Shown piece by piece: positions 37,739 to 47,395 of a stretch of 64,000 nucleotides of DNA. Location of the stretch: assembly GCA_963666515.2 (NCBI GenBank), contig OY762897.2, positions 128,001 through 192,000 of the forward strand, written 5' to 3'. The stretch is from Candidatus Binatia bacterium. GTDB taxonomy: Bacteria; Desulfobacterota; Binatia; UBA9968; JAJDTQ01. The translations under genes and the position numbers were made by a program. The notes below the pieces were generated by a model. It was not told the DNA's origin and did no database searches. It was given only the letters and a program-made list of their open reading frames with translations. The first letter of the stretch is position 1; every line of letters begins with the position of its first letter.

Positions 37739-38878
37739 CTACCCGCTGAACTCGAGAACGTCGAGCCCGCACAGCCGGTCCAGCAGGTACAGCCGGCCAT
37801 TGGACCGGTCGAGAAAAATGTCGTTGCTCTGGACGATGGACTCCCCCTGGCCGGGCTCGGGCATGTAGTAACCGATCTCCCGCGGGCTCCAGGGATCGCT
37901 GATGTCCACGGCCCGGAGTCCCCCCGCGAACCAGGTGACGAAGATGGTGTTGCCCTGGACCTGTTCCTGGGGCTGATGGGAGCCGAACCATTCGTCGGGA
38001 TTGAACGGCTCGTCGTTGGGCACCCGGAAGGTGGCGATGGGCACGGGTTGGGTCTCCTCGGTGATGTCGACGATCCACATGAAGGCGTTGGGCGCCGGCG
38101 TCAGCCGGTCCACCACCTCCTCGTCTGTGACCACCAGCAGTCTCCGGCCCTGGATGGTCTGCGGGATCGGCAGCGCGGTGTGGGTGGGGCAGGGGTAGGG
38201 CGGGCTCCAGTCGAGGCCGCCGACCCTTTGCGGGCGGGCCATGTCCGATATGTCGAGGATGACGAAGCCGCCGTGCCAGTAGCTGGTGTACAGCCGGTCG
38301 CCGAGCCGGAGCGGATGGTGGCAGCGGTGCCGGACGCCCTTCCACGTCGGCGTTTCACCGCCCGCGGTCCACTGCCCGGGCATCCACCAGCGCCCCACCT
38401 CCTCGGGCCGGGTGGGGTCCTTCAGGTCCAGGATCATCATGATGTTGCCGACGTAGCCCTCCACCTGGGGCGAGAAGTAGGCGTAGTCGCCGTCGAAGTC
38501 GAAGCGGTGGACGCCGGTGCCCCCGGCCCGGTAGAAGCCGATCTCGCGCGGGCGGGCCTTGTCGGCGACGTCGTAGATCCTGAGCCCGCCCTGAAAGCCG
38601 TTCTTCGCCACGCCGCCGTAGCGTTCGTTGTTGACCAGCATGACGTCGCCGTGGACCCGGACCTTGTGCGAGTGGGTGCCTTCGGGGACCTCGACGTGGG
38701 AGACCACCTTGAGATTGTGCGGGTCGGAAACGTCCACGATGGTCGTGCCGTGGGGCGGTTCGATGTGTCCGACGTAGGCGTAGTCCCCCTGCACCACCAC
38801 CTGGCCCCCGCCCGGGACGTCGATGTGCCCCAGTTGCCTGAAGCCCTTGCTGCTGCCGTAGGGTTCGCGTTGCGTCAT
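37739..38878 (-). CDS. LVIVD-repeat beta-propeller protein
   Basis: Repeated IVDVSDP, IYDVADK, ILDLKDP, ILDISDM and AVDISDP motifs; His-rich. Confidence 0.85.
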   Translation of the reverse strand: MTQREPYGSSKGFRQLGHIDVPGGGQVVVQGDYAYVGHIEPPHGTTIVDVSDPHNLKVVSHVEVPEGTHSHKVRVHGDVMLVNNERYGGVAKNGFQGGLRIYDVADKARPREIGFYRAGGTGVHRFDFDGDYAYFSPQVEGYVGNIMMILDLKDPTRPEEVGRWWMPGQWTAGGETPTWKGVRHRCHHPLRLGDRLYTSYWHGGFVILDISDMARPQRVGGLDWSPPYPCPTHTALPIPQTIQGRRLLVVTDEEVVDRLTPAPNAFMWIVDITEETQPVPIATFRVPNDEPFNPDEWFGSHQPQEQVQGNTIFVTWFAGGLRAVDISDPWSPREIGYYMPEPGQGESIVQSNDIFLDRSNGRLYLLDRLCGLDVLEFSG

Positions 38879-38918
38879 GACGAGCCTCCGTTGGGTGTAT
38901 GCGATGCGTGTAATGACG

Positions 38919-40022
38919 TCAGGCCTTGCGCGCCAGCGCGGCCACCACGCCGCCGCTGGCCGGGCCCTGGTGCTCGGCGCCTGCGGAGACGTAGCACATG
39001 GTGTCGCCGGTGACCGAGGCCACCACCGCGTTGACCGCGCCGCGGATGTGCCGCGTGTAGTTGATGTCCGAGTCCTCGAACACGACGTGCCGCCGCCCGC
39101 GGGTGTTGCCCGACGGATCCGGCTCGCACTTGACGAACATGTTCACCAGCCGCTCCTGGCCGGGCTCCGACAACTCGCCGTTGACCTCCAGGCCCACCTT
39201 GCGGAGCGCTTCCCGCACCGCCGCCGCGTCGATGGCGTCCTTCATCACCGCGTGGTCGATGATGAGGCCGCTGGTGGAGCGCGGCGAGTTGCCGAGGACG
39301 ATGACCTCGCAGTTCATCAGCTCGATGCCGGAAGAAGCCGAGGCCACGTTGGAGAAGACGGCGAGGTCCTGCCCGATGACCGCTTCGCTGACGTTCCCCT
39401 CCGCGATTTCGCCGGTGGCCATGCCGATGCCGAGGGCGGCCACGCTCCGGGCGTAGGACATGGACTTGTAGGTGTCGGTGGTGACGACGCGCGCGTTGCG
39501 CGACCAGGCGTCCTTGATCCGCTCGGTGGTGAGGGCGCCGGTCTTGATCTGGACGAAGTGGATGTCCGAGGGATCGTCGATGCCGGCGTCCTCGATGGCC
39601 GCCTTCACGCCCTCGGCCGCGGACTGCACGTGGGTCATGGTGCCGAACTCCTCGGGCGTCATGTCGCGGGTGTAGGCGGTGCCCACGGTAAAGCCCTTGC
39701 CCTTGCCGCCGCCGTCGCCGTCCGGATCCTTCACGAAGATGGTGGCATGGGGGCTCATCAACCCCTCGGTGCCGCCCGACCAGATGATCGGCACCTTCCG
39801 GGCGATGTCGTCCATGGTGAGGCCCGACTTCTCCGCGATCAGCAACTGGAAGCACTGGGTAGCCAGTGCCCGGGTGTAGTCGTTGACGCCGCCGTTGCCC
39901 TCGGTCTTGCCCAGGATCGCCGCCACGTGCTCGGCCTTGAACGCCCCCGAGTCCAGCAGCCTCCGCCCTTCCGACACGTCGTCGGGTGCGCCCATACCCA
40001 CCTTGTACGCGCTTACGTTCAT
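38919..40022 (-). CDS. Cyanuric acid hydrolase/barbiturase (AtzD) family ring-opening amidohydrolase
   Basis: ILGKTEGNGGVNDYTR, WSGGTEG..SPH, HFVQIK, SMSYAR, ASASSG and YVSAGAEHQGP; start MNVSAYKV at 40022. Confidence 0.92.
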   Translation of the reverse strand: MNVSAYKVGMGAPDDVSEGRRLLDSGAFKAEHVAAILGKTEGNGGVNDYTRALATQCFQLLIAEKSGLTMDDIARKVPIIWSGGTEGLMSPHATIFVKDPDGDGGGKGKGFTVGTAYTRDMTPEEFGTMTHVQSAAEGVKAAIEDAGIDDPSDIHFVQIKTGALTTERIKDAWSRNARVVTTDTYKSMSYARSVAALGIGMATGEIAEGNVSEAVIGQDLAVFSNVASASSGIELMNCEVIVLGNSPRSTSGLIIDHAVMKDAIDAAAVREALRKVGLEVNGELSEPGQERLVNMFVKCEPDPSGNTRGRRHVVFEDSDINYTRHIRGAVNAVVASVTGDTMCYVSAGAEHQGPASGGVVAALARKA

Positions 40023-41464
40023 GAGGGGACTCCTTGTCGGGTTGTGAGTTCGCCGTCTTCCCGAAGCCGTCGAGCCAATGCGGCGACGGCCTGTTCCATG
40101 CACGCCAGCGGCGCCCGGGTGACCCCGGCGCCGATCTGGCCGATGCCCGCTTCACGGTGGGCGATGCCGGTATTGATGACCGGCGCGATGCCGGTGTCGA
40201 CGCACTTGCGCACGTCGATGCCCGCGGGTGTGCCCTGGAAATCCAGGATCGGCAAGGTCCACGCCGGGTTCCTTCCCAAGGTGATGTGGCCCATCTCGGC
40301 GGTGGCGCCGAGGGCGTCGGCCGCGGCGCCGCCCACGAACCTGACGATGGCCGGGGAAGCGGCCATGGCGAAGCCGCCGATGCCGGCGGTCTCGGTGATG
40401 GCGCTGTCGCCCAGGTCCGGGGCGGCATCCTCCACGTCGTATCCGGCGAAGAAGAGTCCCCGGACCCGCGGCGCCGGGGTGCTGAACCAGGCGTCGCCGG
40501 TGCCGCTGACGCGGATGCCGAACTCCACCCCGTTGCGCGCCATTGCGGTGACCATGCTGCTGCCGGGAACGCCGTGGGCCGCTTCCAGCATGGCCTTGCA
40601 GGCGGCCATGGAGAGGTTGAGGAAGAAGTGGTCGTTGCCGGTGATGAAGCGCACGGTTTCGGCGATGCGGGCCTGCGGAGCGGCGCTCTCCAGCAGGGCC
40701 GGCAGCAGCGCCCGCAGCAGCAGGGAAGAGGCGGCGACGTTGCGGTTGTGGACCTCGTCGCCCATGTGCAGCGCCTGGGCCATGAGGGGCTTGAGCGGCA
40801 GTCCTTCCCGGTGCTCCAGCGCGGCCTTCAGGGTGGGCGCCAGCACGCCCTCCATCCACCGGAGCCGCTCCAGCACCTCGGGCGCATAGGCCCCCATGCG
40901 CAGCACCTTCCCCAGCCCCTCATTGAGGTTGCAGTAGGCGGTGCGGCCGTGCTCGGCATCGCGCACGATCCACACCGGCATGGACGGGCTCGTGACCCCT
41001 GCCATGGGCCCGACGCAGGCGTGATGGTGGTTGGGTTCGAAGATGATCCCGCCGCCGGCCGCCAGCGCCCGGGCGCCGTCCGGGTCGCCGGCCCATCCCT
41101 CCAGCAGGATCGCTCCGGTGACTGCCCCCTGCATGGGCCCGCACATGCGCTCCCACGTCACCGGCGGGCCGGCGTGGAGGATCATGCGCTCGCCCATTCC
41201 GGGGATGTCGTCTCCGGCCGTGCCGATCCCGTCCAGCACCGGCTCGGCGTTCAGATATGCGGCGAACGCGCGGCCGTTGGCCTGCTCCACCGCCGCAAGG
41301 TTCACGATGGACGCGAGCGCCGCGCCGATTTCCCTGTTCCCGCCGGCGGGCGGACGCCAGTCGGTCCGTTGCACCTCGCCGCCAGCGGTGTCGATGGAGT
41401 CCGCAAAGCTCTCGAGGCCTACGTTGACTACCCGCAACTCTTCGCGGAACAAACGCTCAATCAT
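40019..41464 (-). CDS. DUF1116 (YlbE/AllG/YahG-like) protein
   Basis: ILHAGPP, GPMAGVTS, NEGLGKVLR, MGDEVHNRN, PDLGDSAITE and PVINTGIAH...GQIGAG. Confidence 0.9.
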   Translation of the reverse strand: MIERLFREELRVVNVGLESFADSIDTAGGEVQRTDWRPPAGGNREIGAALASIVNLAAVEQANGRAFAAYLNAEPVLDGIGTAGDDIPGMGERMILHAGPPVTWERMCGPMQGAVTGAILLEGWAGDPDGARALAAGGGIIFEPNHHHACVGPMAGVTSPSMPVWIVRDAEHGRTAYCNLNEGLGKVLRMGAYAPEVLERLRWMEGVLAPTLKAALEHREGLPLKPLMAQALHMGDEVHNRNVAASSLLLRALLPALLESAAPQARIAETVRFITGNDHFFLNLSMAACKAMLEAAHGVPGSSMVTAMARNGVEFGIRVSGTGDAWFSTPAPRVRGLFFAGYDVEDAAPDLGDSAITETAGIGGFAMAASPAIVRFVGGAAADALGATAEMGHITLGRNPAWTLPILDFQGTPAGIDVRKCVDTGIAPVINTGIAHREAGIGQIGAGVTRAPLACMEQAVAALARRLREDGELTTRQGVPS

Positions 41465-41503
41465 GGCTTCCCTGTGATTCCCCGCCCCGGCCGATGCACC
41501 CCT

Positions 41504-41539
41504 CTCCACCTCTGGATTCCGGCTTTCGCCAGAATGACG
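41504..41539 (-). repeat. REP-like palindromic element, copy 2
   Basis: Reverse complement reads CGTCATTCTGGCGAAAGCCGGAATCCAGAGGTGGAG. Confidence 0.8.
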
Positions 41540-41587
41540 ATTTCGAGCCGTCGATGTCCTCACCTGATGAATCAGACACGATACTGC

Positions 41588-43150
41588 CTATTCGTGCCGG
41601 TCGTCGCACGCAAGCACCAACGCCATCCGGACGGCGTCGGCGTTGCTGCGGCCCAGGATCACGCCTGCGTCCTCCAACTTGCGTTCCTGTTGCGGCGCGT
41701 TTTGCGGATCGTCGGGGGTTCCGCACACGGACGCCACGAACTCGAGCCGTCTGCCGGCCCGCTCCGCTGCCTCCCCGGCTTTGCGGATGACCGGCGCCAG
41801 CGCCCCCGCGGGATCGTCATGGGCGCCGTAACCCAGCACCACGTCCAGGAGGATCACGGCCACCTCCGGGTCGGCGGCTTCCCGCAGGATGCGCTCGCCG
41901 CGCAGCCGCGGATCGATCATCGGATGCGGGCGTCCCCGCGTCAGCCGCGCGTCGCCCAGGTCCACCACGGCGTTTCCCTGACTCTCCCAGATATCACTCA
42001 GGAACGGCGGCATGGAAGTGTTGCTGTAGACAAGTCCTACCGCCTCACGCATGAGCAACACCGCCTCGGCGGCCAGCGTGCCGCCGCTGTAGAGGCCGCG
42101 GATGAACCGTTGGCTGGGCGCTTTCGGGCGGCCTGCGTCCGCGAGCCTGTCGTCCGGTTCGGTCCGGTGTTCGGGCGTGGTGTCGCGCGAGAACGCAACG
42201 CCTTGGGACAGGGCCACCGCCGCGCGGGCGGCCTCGTCCAAGGTCCGCGCCACGACGAGACCCGGCGCCGGTTGGACGTCCGGGGCCGCCCCGACAAAGT
42301 TCACCACCACGGGCTTGCCGGCGCGCCGGGCCCGTTCGAGGACCCGCTTGGCCACCTCCGGGTCCGGGGGCTTGGAGACCAGCGCGATGACGCGCGTCGC
42401 CGGGTCCTGGGCCAGGGCGTCCAACGCCTGCAAGGTGGAGAGGCCGCCGACGCCCCGTGACAGGTCCCGTCCGCCGGTCCCGATGACCTGGGACAGACCG
42501 CCGCCGTACTGATGGATGAGCGTGGTCACTTCCTGAAGGCCGGTGCCGGCGGCGCCGATGCAGCCGATGTCGCCGCGCCGCACCGCGTTGGCGAAGCCAA
42601 GCGGTATACCGTTGATGATGGCCGTGCCGCAGTCGGGACCCATCACCAGCAGACCGTTGGCGTTGGCATACTGCTTGAGCGCCACCTCGTCCGCCTCGGA
42701 TACGCCGGCGCTGAACAGCATGACGTGAAGCCCCAGGCGCAGGGCCTTCAGGGCCTCGGCAGCCGCGTAGTCACCCGGCACCGAGATGAGCGCCAGGTTG
42801 GCGGGCGTCTCCTCAAGGCTCATGGCCAGGCTGCGGGGCAGGGCGGCATTCGTGCTCGCGGCAGCGCGGGATGCCGGCGTGTCCCGACTCAACTCCTCCT
42901 CAACCGCGGCGAAGACCTGCTCGATGATCTCCCTGTCGTCGCCCCGAACCACCACCAGCATGTCGTTGGCCCCGGCATCGGCTTCACCGGCGAAGAGACC
43001 CGCGTCGCGCAACAGCGCGCGGTTGCCGTCGGTCGCCATCACCACGGCCGCGGCGTCCACTCCCGAGGTCTCGGCGGCCCGCGCGGAGAGCTGCATGAGC
43101 GACAGGGAGTCGTGGTAGCAATTGGGGATGACTCTCGTTAGCGTGATCAT
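41588..43150 (-). CDS. fdrA: FdrA (AllF/YahF-like) acyl-CoA synthetase-fold protein
   Basis: YHDSLSLM, LISVPG, VMGPDCGT, IGTGGRDL, GLYSGGTLA and GRPHPMIDP. Confidence 0.92.
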   Translation of the reverse strand: MITLTRVIPNCYHDSLSLMQLSARAAETSGVDAAAVVMATDGNRALLRDAGLFAGEADAGANDMLVVVRGDDREIIEQVFAAVEEELSRDTPASRAAASTNAALPRSLAMSLEETPANLALISVPGDYAAAEALKALRLGLHVMLFSAGVSEADEVALKQYANANGLLVMGPDCGTAIINGIPLGFANAVRRGDIGCIGAAGTGLQEVTTLIHQYGGGLSQVIGTGGRDLSRGVGGLSTLQALDALAQDPATRVIALVSKPPDPEVAKRVLERARRAGKPVVVNFVGAAPDVQPAPGLVVARTLDEAARAAVALSQGVAFSRDTTPEHRTEPDDRLADAGRPKAPSQRFIRGLYSGGTLAAEAVLLMREAVGLVYSNTSMPPFLSDIWESQGNAVVDLGDARLTRGRPHPMIDPRLRGERILREAADPEVAVILLDVVLGYGAHDDPAGALAPVIRKAGEAAERAGRRLEFVASVCGTPDDPQNAPQQERKLEDAGVILGRSNADAVRMALVLACDDRHE

Positions 43151-43317
43151 GGTTCGGATCAGCGAGGGAGGGCGTTCTCCGACTTGGGATGGACGCCGGC
43201 CTCTTCCGTAGTCCCGCGGGGACTCTACTACGAAACCCGTGGAGGGTCCATTTCGGTTGGATTTTGGTCGGATATCGCCGAAACTTGCCCTGCAATCCCA
43301 AACCACCGGGAGCAACT

Positions 43318-44550
43318 ATGAGCGAACCGTTCGATCTCTTGATCCGGAAGGCGCGGCTGCGGCGCCGGCCGGAAGCGTTGTACGACATCGCCGTGCGCGC
43401 GGGACGAATCGAGGCCATCGACGAATCGTCGGACCGGTCGGCCGCGGTCGTGCTGGACGCGGCCGGGGGTCTCGTCACCGAGCCCTTCGTCAATCCCCAC
43501 CTGCATCTCGACAAGGTCTACACCCTTCAGCGGCTGGACGAGGAGTCGTCCCTGCGCGCCTATCACGGCGAGGGTATGGGCAGCGCCATGAAAGCCATCG
43601 AGGCGGCGTCGCGGGTCAAGGAATCGTACAGCCAGGACTGGATCGTGGAAAACGCCAGACGGGCGCTCCGCGCCGCGGCGGTGCACGGCAACACCCACAT
43701 CCGGGCGTTCGCCGACGTGGATACCAAGGCGCGTCTGGAGGGCGTCAAGGCGCTGCTCCAGGTGAGGGAGGAGTTCCGCGGCATCGTGGAGTTGCAGGTG
43801 GTGGCGTTTCCGCAGGACGGGGTTGTGCGGGAGCCCGGCGCCGCCGAACTGGTGCGCGAGGCCGTGGCGCTGGGCGTGGACGTGGTGGGCGGCATTCCGT
43901 GGATCGAGTACACTGACGCCGCCGCGCGTGAGCACGTGCGCCAAATGTTCGAGATCGCCGTGGCCAACGACAAGCCCGTTTCCATGCTGGTGGACGACGC
44001 CGGCGACCCGGGCCTGCGGACGTTGGAGATGATGGCGGTCCACGCCATCGAGAACGGTTGGCAGGGACGGATCCTGGCGCATCACGCGCGCGCCATGGCG
44101 CTCTACCCCGAGCCCTATTTCCAGAAAGTGGCGGCGCTCCTGCGGCAGGCCGGCATGCCCGTGGTCACCGACCCTCACACCGGGCCGCTCCACGCCCGCG
44201 TCCGTGACCTCCAGGCCGCCGGCGTCCGTGTCTGTCTCGGGCAGGACGACATATCCGACGCCTACTACCCCTTCGGCCGCAACAACATGTTGGAAGTCGC
44301 GTTCCTGGCCTCGCACCTGCTGTGGATGACCACCGAGGACGACATGGAACGCCTCTACGACATGATCACCGTGGACGCCGCCCGCGCCATGGGCCTCGAC
44401 GACCTGCGCCTGGAGGTAGGCGCCCCCGCGGACATGGTGGTGCTGGGGGCCCCGTCCGTGCTGGAAGCCCTGCGCGACCACCGGGCGCCGGTGCACGTCA
44501 TCCGCGGCGGGAAGGTGGTGGACATCGAGATGCTGAGTGATCCCGGATAG
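43318..44550 (+). CDS. Cytosine deaminase-like amidohydrolase
   Basis: FVNPHLHLDK, LQVVAFPQDG, VVGGIP and LGQDDISDAYYPFG. Confidence 0.88.
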   Translation: MSEPFDLLIRKARLRRRPEALYDIAVRAGRIEAIDESSDRSAAVVLDAAGGLVTEPFVNPHLHLDKVYTLQRLDEESSLRAYHGEGMGSAMKAIEAASRVKESYSQDWIVENARRALRAAAVHGNTHIRAFADVDTKARLEGVKALLQVREEFRGIVELQVVAFPQDGVVREPGAAELVREAVALGVDVVGGIPWIEYTDAAAREHVRQMFEIAVANDKPVSMLVDDAGDPGLRTLEMMAVHAIENGWQGRILAHHARAMALYPEPYFQKVAALLRQAGMPVVTDPHTGPLHARVRDLQAAGVRVCLGQDDISDAYYPFGRNNMLEVAFLASHLLWMTTEDDMERLYDMITVDAARAMGLDDLRLEVGAPADMVVLGAPSVLEALRDHRAPVHVIRGGKVVDIEMLSDPG

Positions 44551-44659
44551 CTTGATCCTTTAGGGGTGCGAGTGAGAAGGGAGCCGGTGCCCCAGGCGGG
44601 CAGCGACGTGTTCTGACGCCAGTTGACAACAGATCGGGGTTCGGTCTATCCCGATTGCC

Positions 44660-44932
44660 ATGCAAGTCTTCGCCGTCTTCAATATCTCCCACCGGGACAT
44701 TGTTCTGGAGCGCCTCAAGGAGCACTATCCCCACCAGCACACCGAAACCAACCGCGAGGCTTTCTTCGTCGCCACAGTCGGGGAGACTTCGCAGCAGGTG
44801 GGGGAGAAACTCGGCTTCGGTGCGGACAACCTGTCGTCCGGGATTGTCGTGCCGGTGACGGCTTACTGGGGACGCGCCAATCCGAATCTGTGGGAATGGA
44901 TACAGGCGAAGATGGACGCCAATGGCAAGTAA
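44660..44932 (+). CDS. Small hypothetical protein
   Basis: 90-aa protein-like ORF ending YWGRANPNLWEWI; overlaps the next ORF. Confidence 0.65.
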   Translation: MQVFAVFNISHRDIVLERLKEHYPHQHTETNREAFFVATVGETSQQVGEKLGFGADNLSSGIVVPVTAYWGRANPNLWEWIQAKMDANGK

Positions 44933-45194
44933 CGGCGATACCAACCCCGAAGCCCAAAGAGAGATTCCGCCAGATCGCCCCACGGGAGAACTGGGCTGGA
45001 TCAGAGAAGCTCTCAACAGGCTGGACGCGCGGTTTGATAAACTTGATACAAGACTGGATGGCCTTGAGGAGCGACTACGCAAGGTGGAGAACAGGATATA
45101 CTGGATCGGCGGAATCATCACCGCCCTGGTGCTCTTGGTCGGCGCCCTCCAGATACTGATGCGGGTAGCTGACATATCGATCACCCTCAAATAG
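44922..45194 (+). CDS. Small coiled-coil protein with C-terminal membrane helix
   Basis: Heptads LNRLDARFDKLDTRLDGLEERLRKVE, then hydrophobic IYWIGGIITALVLLVGAL. Confidence 0.65.
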   Translation: MASNGDTNPEAQREIPPDRPTGELGWIREALNRLDARFDKLDTRLDGLEERLRKVENRIYWIGGIITALVLLVGALQILMRVADISITLK

Positions 45195-45405
45195 GTGAAC
45201 CCGCTACGTCCCTTGAGGCTTCGGGAAGCATCCGACTTCTCACGTCCGGCCCCCGCCAGCACCCGCTCCGGCAGGTCGTCCACTGCCTTCATCGGATACG
45301 TCTCCGCCTTGTCCTTCAGGAGCAGCAGTTCGCCAACGAATCAGCCCGCCTTCCAGTTCGCCGGAATGCTTGACACCCATCACCCCGCAGTCCTATGTAG
45401 TCCCC

Positions 45406-46482
45406 ATGCCGGTCATCGACGCAGACGCCCACGTGGACGAGACCGAGGATACCTGGGGTTACATCGACGAGGCATACAAGCGGTACACCCCGGTCACGGT
45501 GATGCAGGATCCCGCCAGCTCGGGCGGCACGCAGCCGCGGGGATACAACCGCTACTGGTGCGTGGACGGCCGTTTTCTGGTGCGGCGCATCCGGGACGAC
45601 AAGCGCACCGAGACGACGGTGGAGACGCGCGAGCTGCTGGACGTGCCGGCGCGGCTGCGCCACATGGACGAGCTGGGCATCGACGTGCAGGTTTGCTACC
45701 CGACCACGTTCCTGCTGCGCTGGAGTCCGCGGGACGACATCGAGCACGCGCTGCGCAGATCCTACAACCGCTGGATGGCGGACCGGTGGAAGCTGAGCGA
45801 CAACCGCCTGCGCTGGGTCTGCCTCCTGCCCATGGGCGACATGGACGAGGCCGTGAAGGAGATGCGCTTCGCCCGCGAAAACGGCGCCTGCGGGTGGATG
45901 AAGAAGGGGATCGAGTGCGGCAACAGGCGCGCGGGCGACCCCTACTTCTTTCCGCTCTACCAGGAGTCGGAGGCTCTGGACATGGCCGTGTGCGTCCACA
46001 CCGGCACGGGCGACCCGGCCCTCACCGACGCCGACGCCACGATCCTGAGCCTCCACAACATCACCGCTCCGGTCATCGACGCCTTCACCTCCCTGGTCAT
46101 GGCGGAGGTGCCGGCGAAGTTTCCCAGGTTGAGGGTGGGTTTCATCGAGGCCATGGCCTCTTGGGTGCCGTTCGCGCTGGCGGAGTTGCGGGCGCGTCAC
46201 GAGCGTTCCCGCTGGTTGTTTTCGTTCGACCTGACCAGGAACCTGCTCAAGGAGTCGCGGTTCTACGTGGCCTGCCAGACGGTGGAGGACCTGCCGTACA
46301 TCATCCAGCACTGCGGCGAGGACAACCTCGTCGCCGGAACCGACTACAGCCACGCGGACCAGTCCGCGGAGATCCGCACCCTGAGCGTGCTGCGGGAGAT
46401 GGGGGAGGAAGGCGTCATCACGGGCCGTCAGGCGGAAAAGATCCTCAACGACAACCCGGCGGCGTTGTACGGCATTTCGTGA
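45406..46482 (+). CDS. Amidohydrolase_2 family protein
   Basis: VIDADAHVDE, MDELGIDVQV.YPT, CVHTG, FIEA and GTDYSHAD. Confidence 0.9.
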   Translation: MPVIDADAHVDETEDTWGYIDEAYKRYTPVTVMQDPASSGGTQPRGYNRYWCVDGRFLVRRIRDDKRTETTVETRELLDVPARLRHMDELGIDVQVCYPTTFLLRWSPRDDIEHALRRSYNRWMADRWKLSDNRLRWVCLLPMGDMDEAVKEMRFARENGACGWMKKGIECGNRRAGDPYFFPLYQESEALDMAVCVHTGTGDPALTDADATILSLHNITAPVIDAFTSLVMAEVPAKFPRLRVGFIEAMASWVPFALAELRARHERSRWLFSFDLTRNLLKESRFYVACQTVEDLPYIIQHCGEDNLVAGTDYSHADQSAEIRTLSVLREMGEEGVITGRQAEKILNDNPAALYGIS

Positions 46483-46556
46483 GCGGCCGGCGGGTTGCCC
46501 GGACGCTTCGGGCGGACGCGGCGCCATGATCCAGGTTCACACAGGAGGTCCAAGAC

Positions 46557-47357
46557 GTGCCTTTTCTGAAACGCGATGACGTAGAACTCCATTACGAGGT
46601 GACCGGCGAGGGCCGCCCTTTCGTCTTCATCAGCGAGACCGCGTGCGACGGCGAGGTGTGGAAGATGTACCCGGTGCCGGAGTTCTCCAGAGACCACATG
46701 TGCATCACCTCCGACTACCGCGGCACCGGGCAGTCCGGGAAGCCGTCCATCCCCTATACCACCGACATGTTCGCGGCGGACATCGCCGCCATCATGGACC
46801 ACGTGGGGGCCAGTGACGCCGTCGTCTGCGGGCATTCCATGGGCGGCCGCGTGGCGCAGCTCCTGGCCCTGGACCACCCCGGGAAGGTGAGCAAGCTGAT
46901 CCTGGCCTCCAGCGGCGCCTCCTTCCCCAACACCAAGGGCATCCCCCTCAAGCTGGCCAAGGAGATGGTGGAGATGGGCTACGAGCGCTACGTGAGCGAC
47001 AGCTCCGTCGCCGTGGGCTTCACCGACGCCTTCGCCAAGGAACACCCGGAGCGCGTCCAGGCCTACCTGGACGTCCGCATGGCCAACCCGTGCCCGCCGG
47101 AGTTCTACCTGCGCCACGTCATCGCCCGCCAGGAGCACGACACCAGCCACCGGCTCAAGGACATCACCGTGCCGACCCTGATCCTGGTGGGCGAGGACGA
47201 CCGTAGCGTCACCAGCGACATGGACCACCGGACCTCCGCGGACATCCTGGCCAACGGAATCCCCGGCGCCCGCTTGGTGATCCTTCCGGGCGAGCGGCAC
47301 AGCTACTTCTTTGCCAACCCGGAAGCGTCCTTCAAGGCCATCCGGGACTTCCTGTAA
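46557..47357 (+). CDS. Alpha/beta hydrolase
   Basis: DYRGTGQS, GHSMGG, LVGEDD and ERH. Confidence 0.9.
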   Translation: MPFLKRDDVELHYEVTGEGRPFVFISETACDGEVWKMYPVPEFSRDHMCITSDYRGTGQSGKPSIPYTTDMFAADIAAIMDHVGASDAVVCGHSMGGRVAQLLALDHPGKVSKLILASSGASFPNTKGIPLKLAKEMVEMGYERYVSDSSVAVGFTDAFAKEHPERVQAYLDVRMANPCPPEFYLRHVIARQEHDTSHRLKDITVPTLILVGEDDRSVTSDMDHRTSADILANGIPGARLVILPGERHSYFFANPEASFKAIRDFL

Positions 47358-47395
47358 AGCGAATCGGTTCTCACCATCATCCGGAGGAGGCATCC

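Noticed and set aside
38875-42460. Long antisense or alternate-frame ORFs (for example 40034-42460 plus and 38877-40889 plus)
   Set aside because: Typical high-GC shadow ORFs opposite well-supported genes, with no family motifs.
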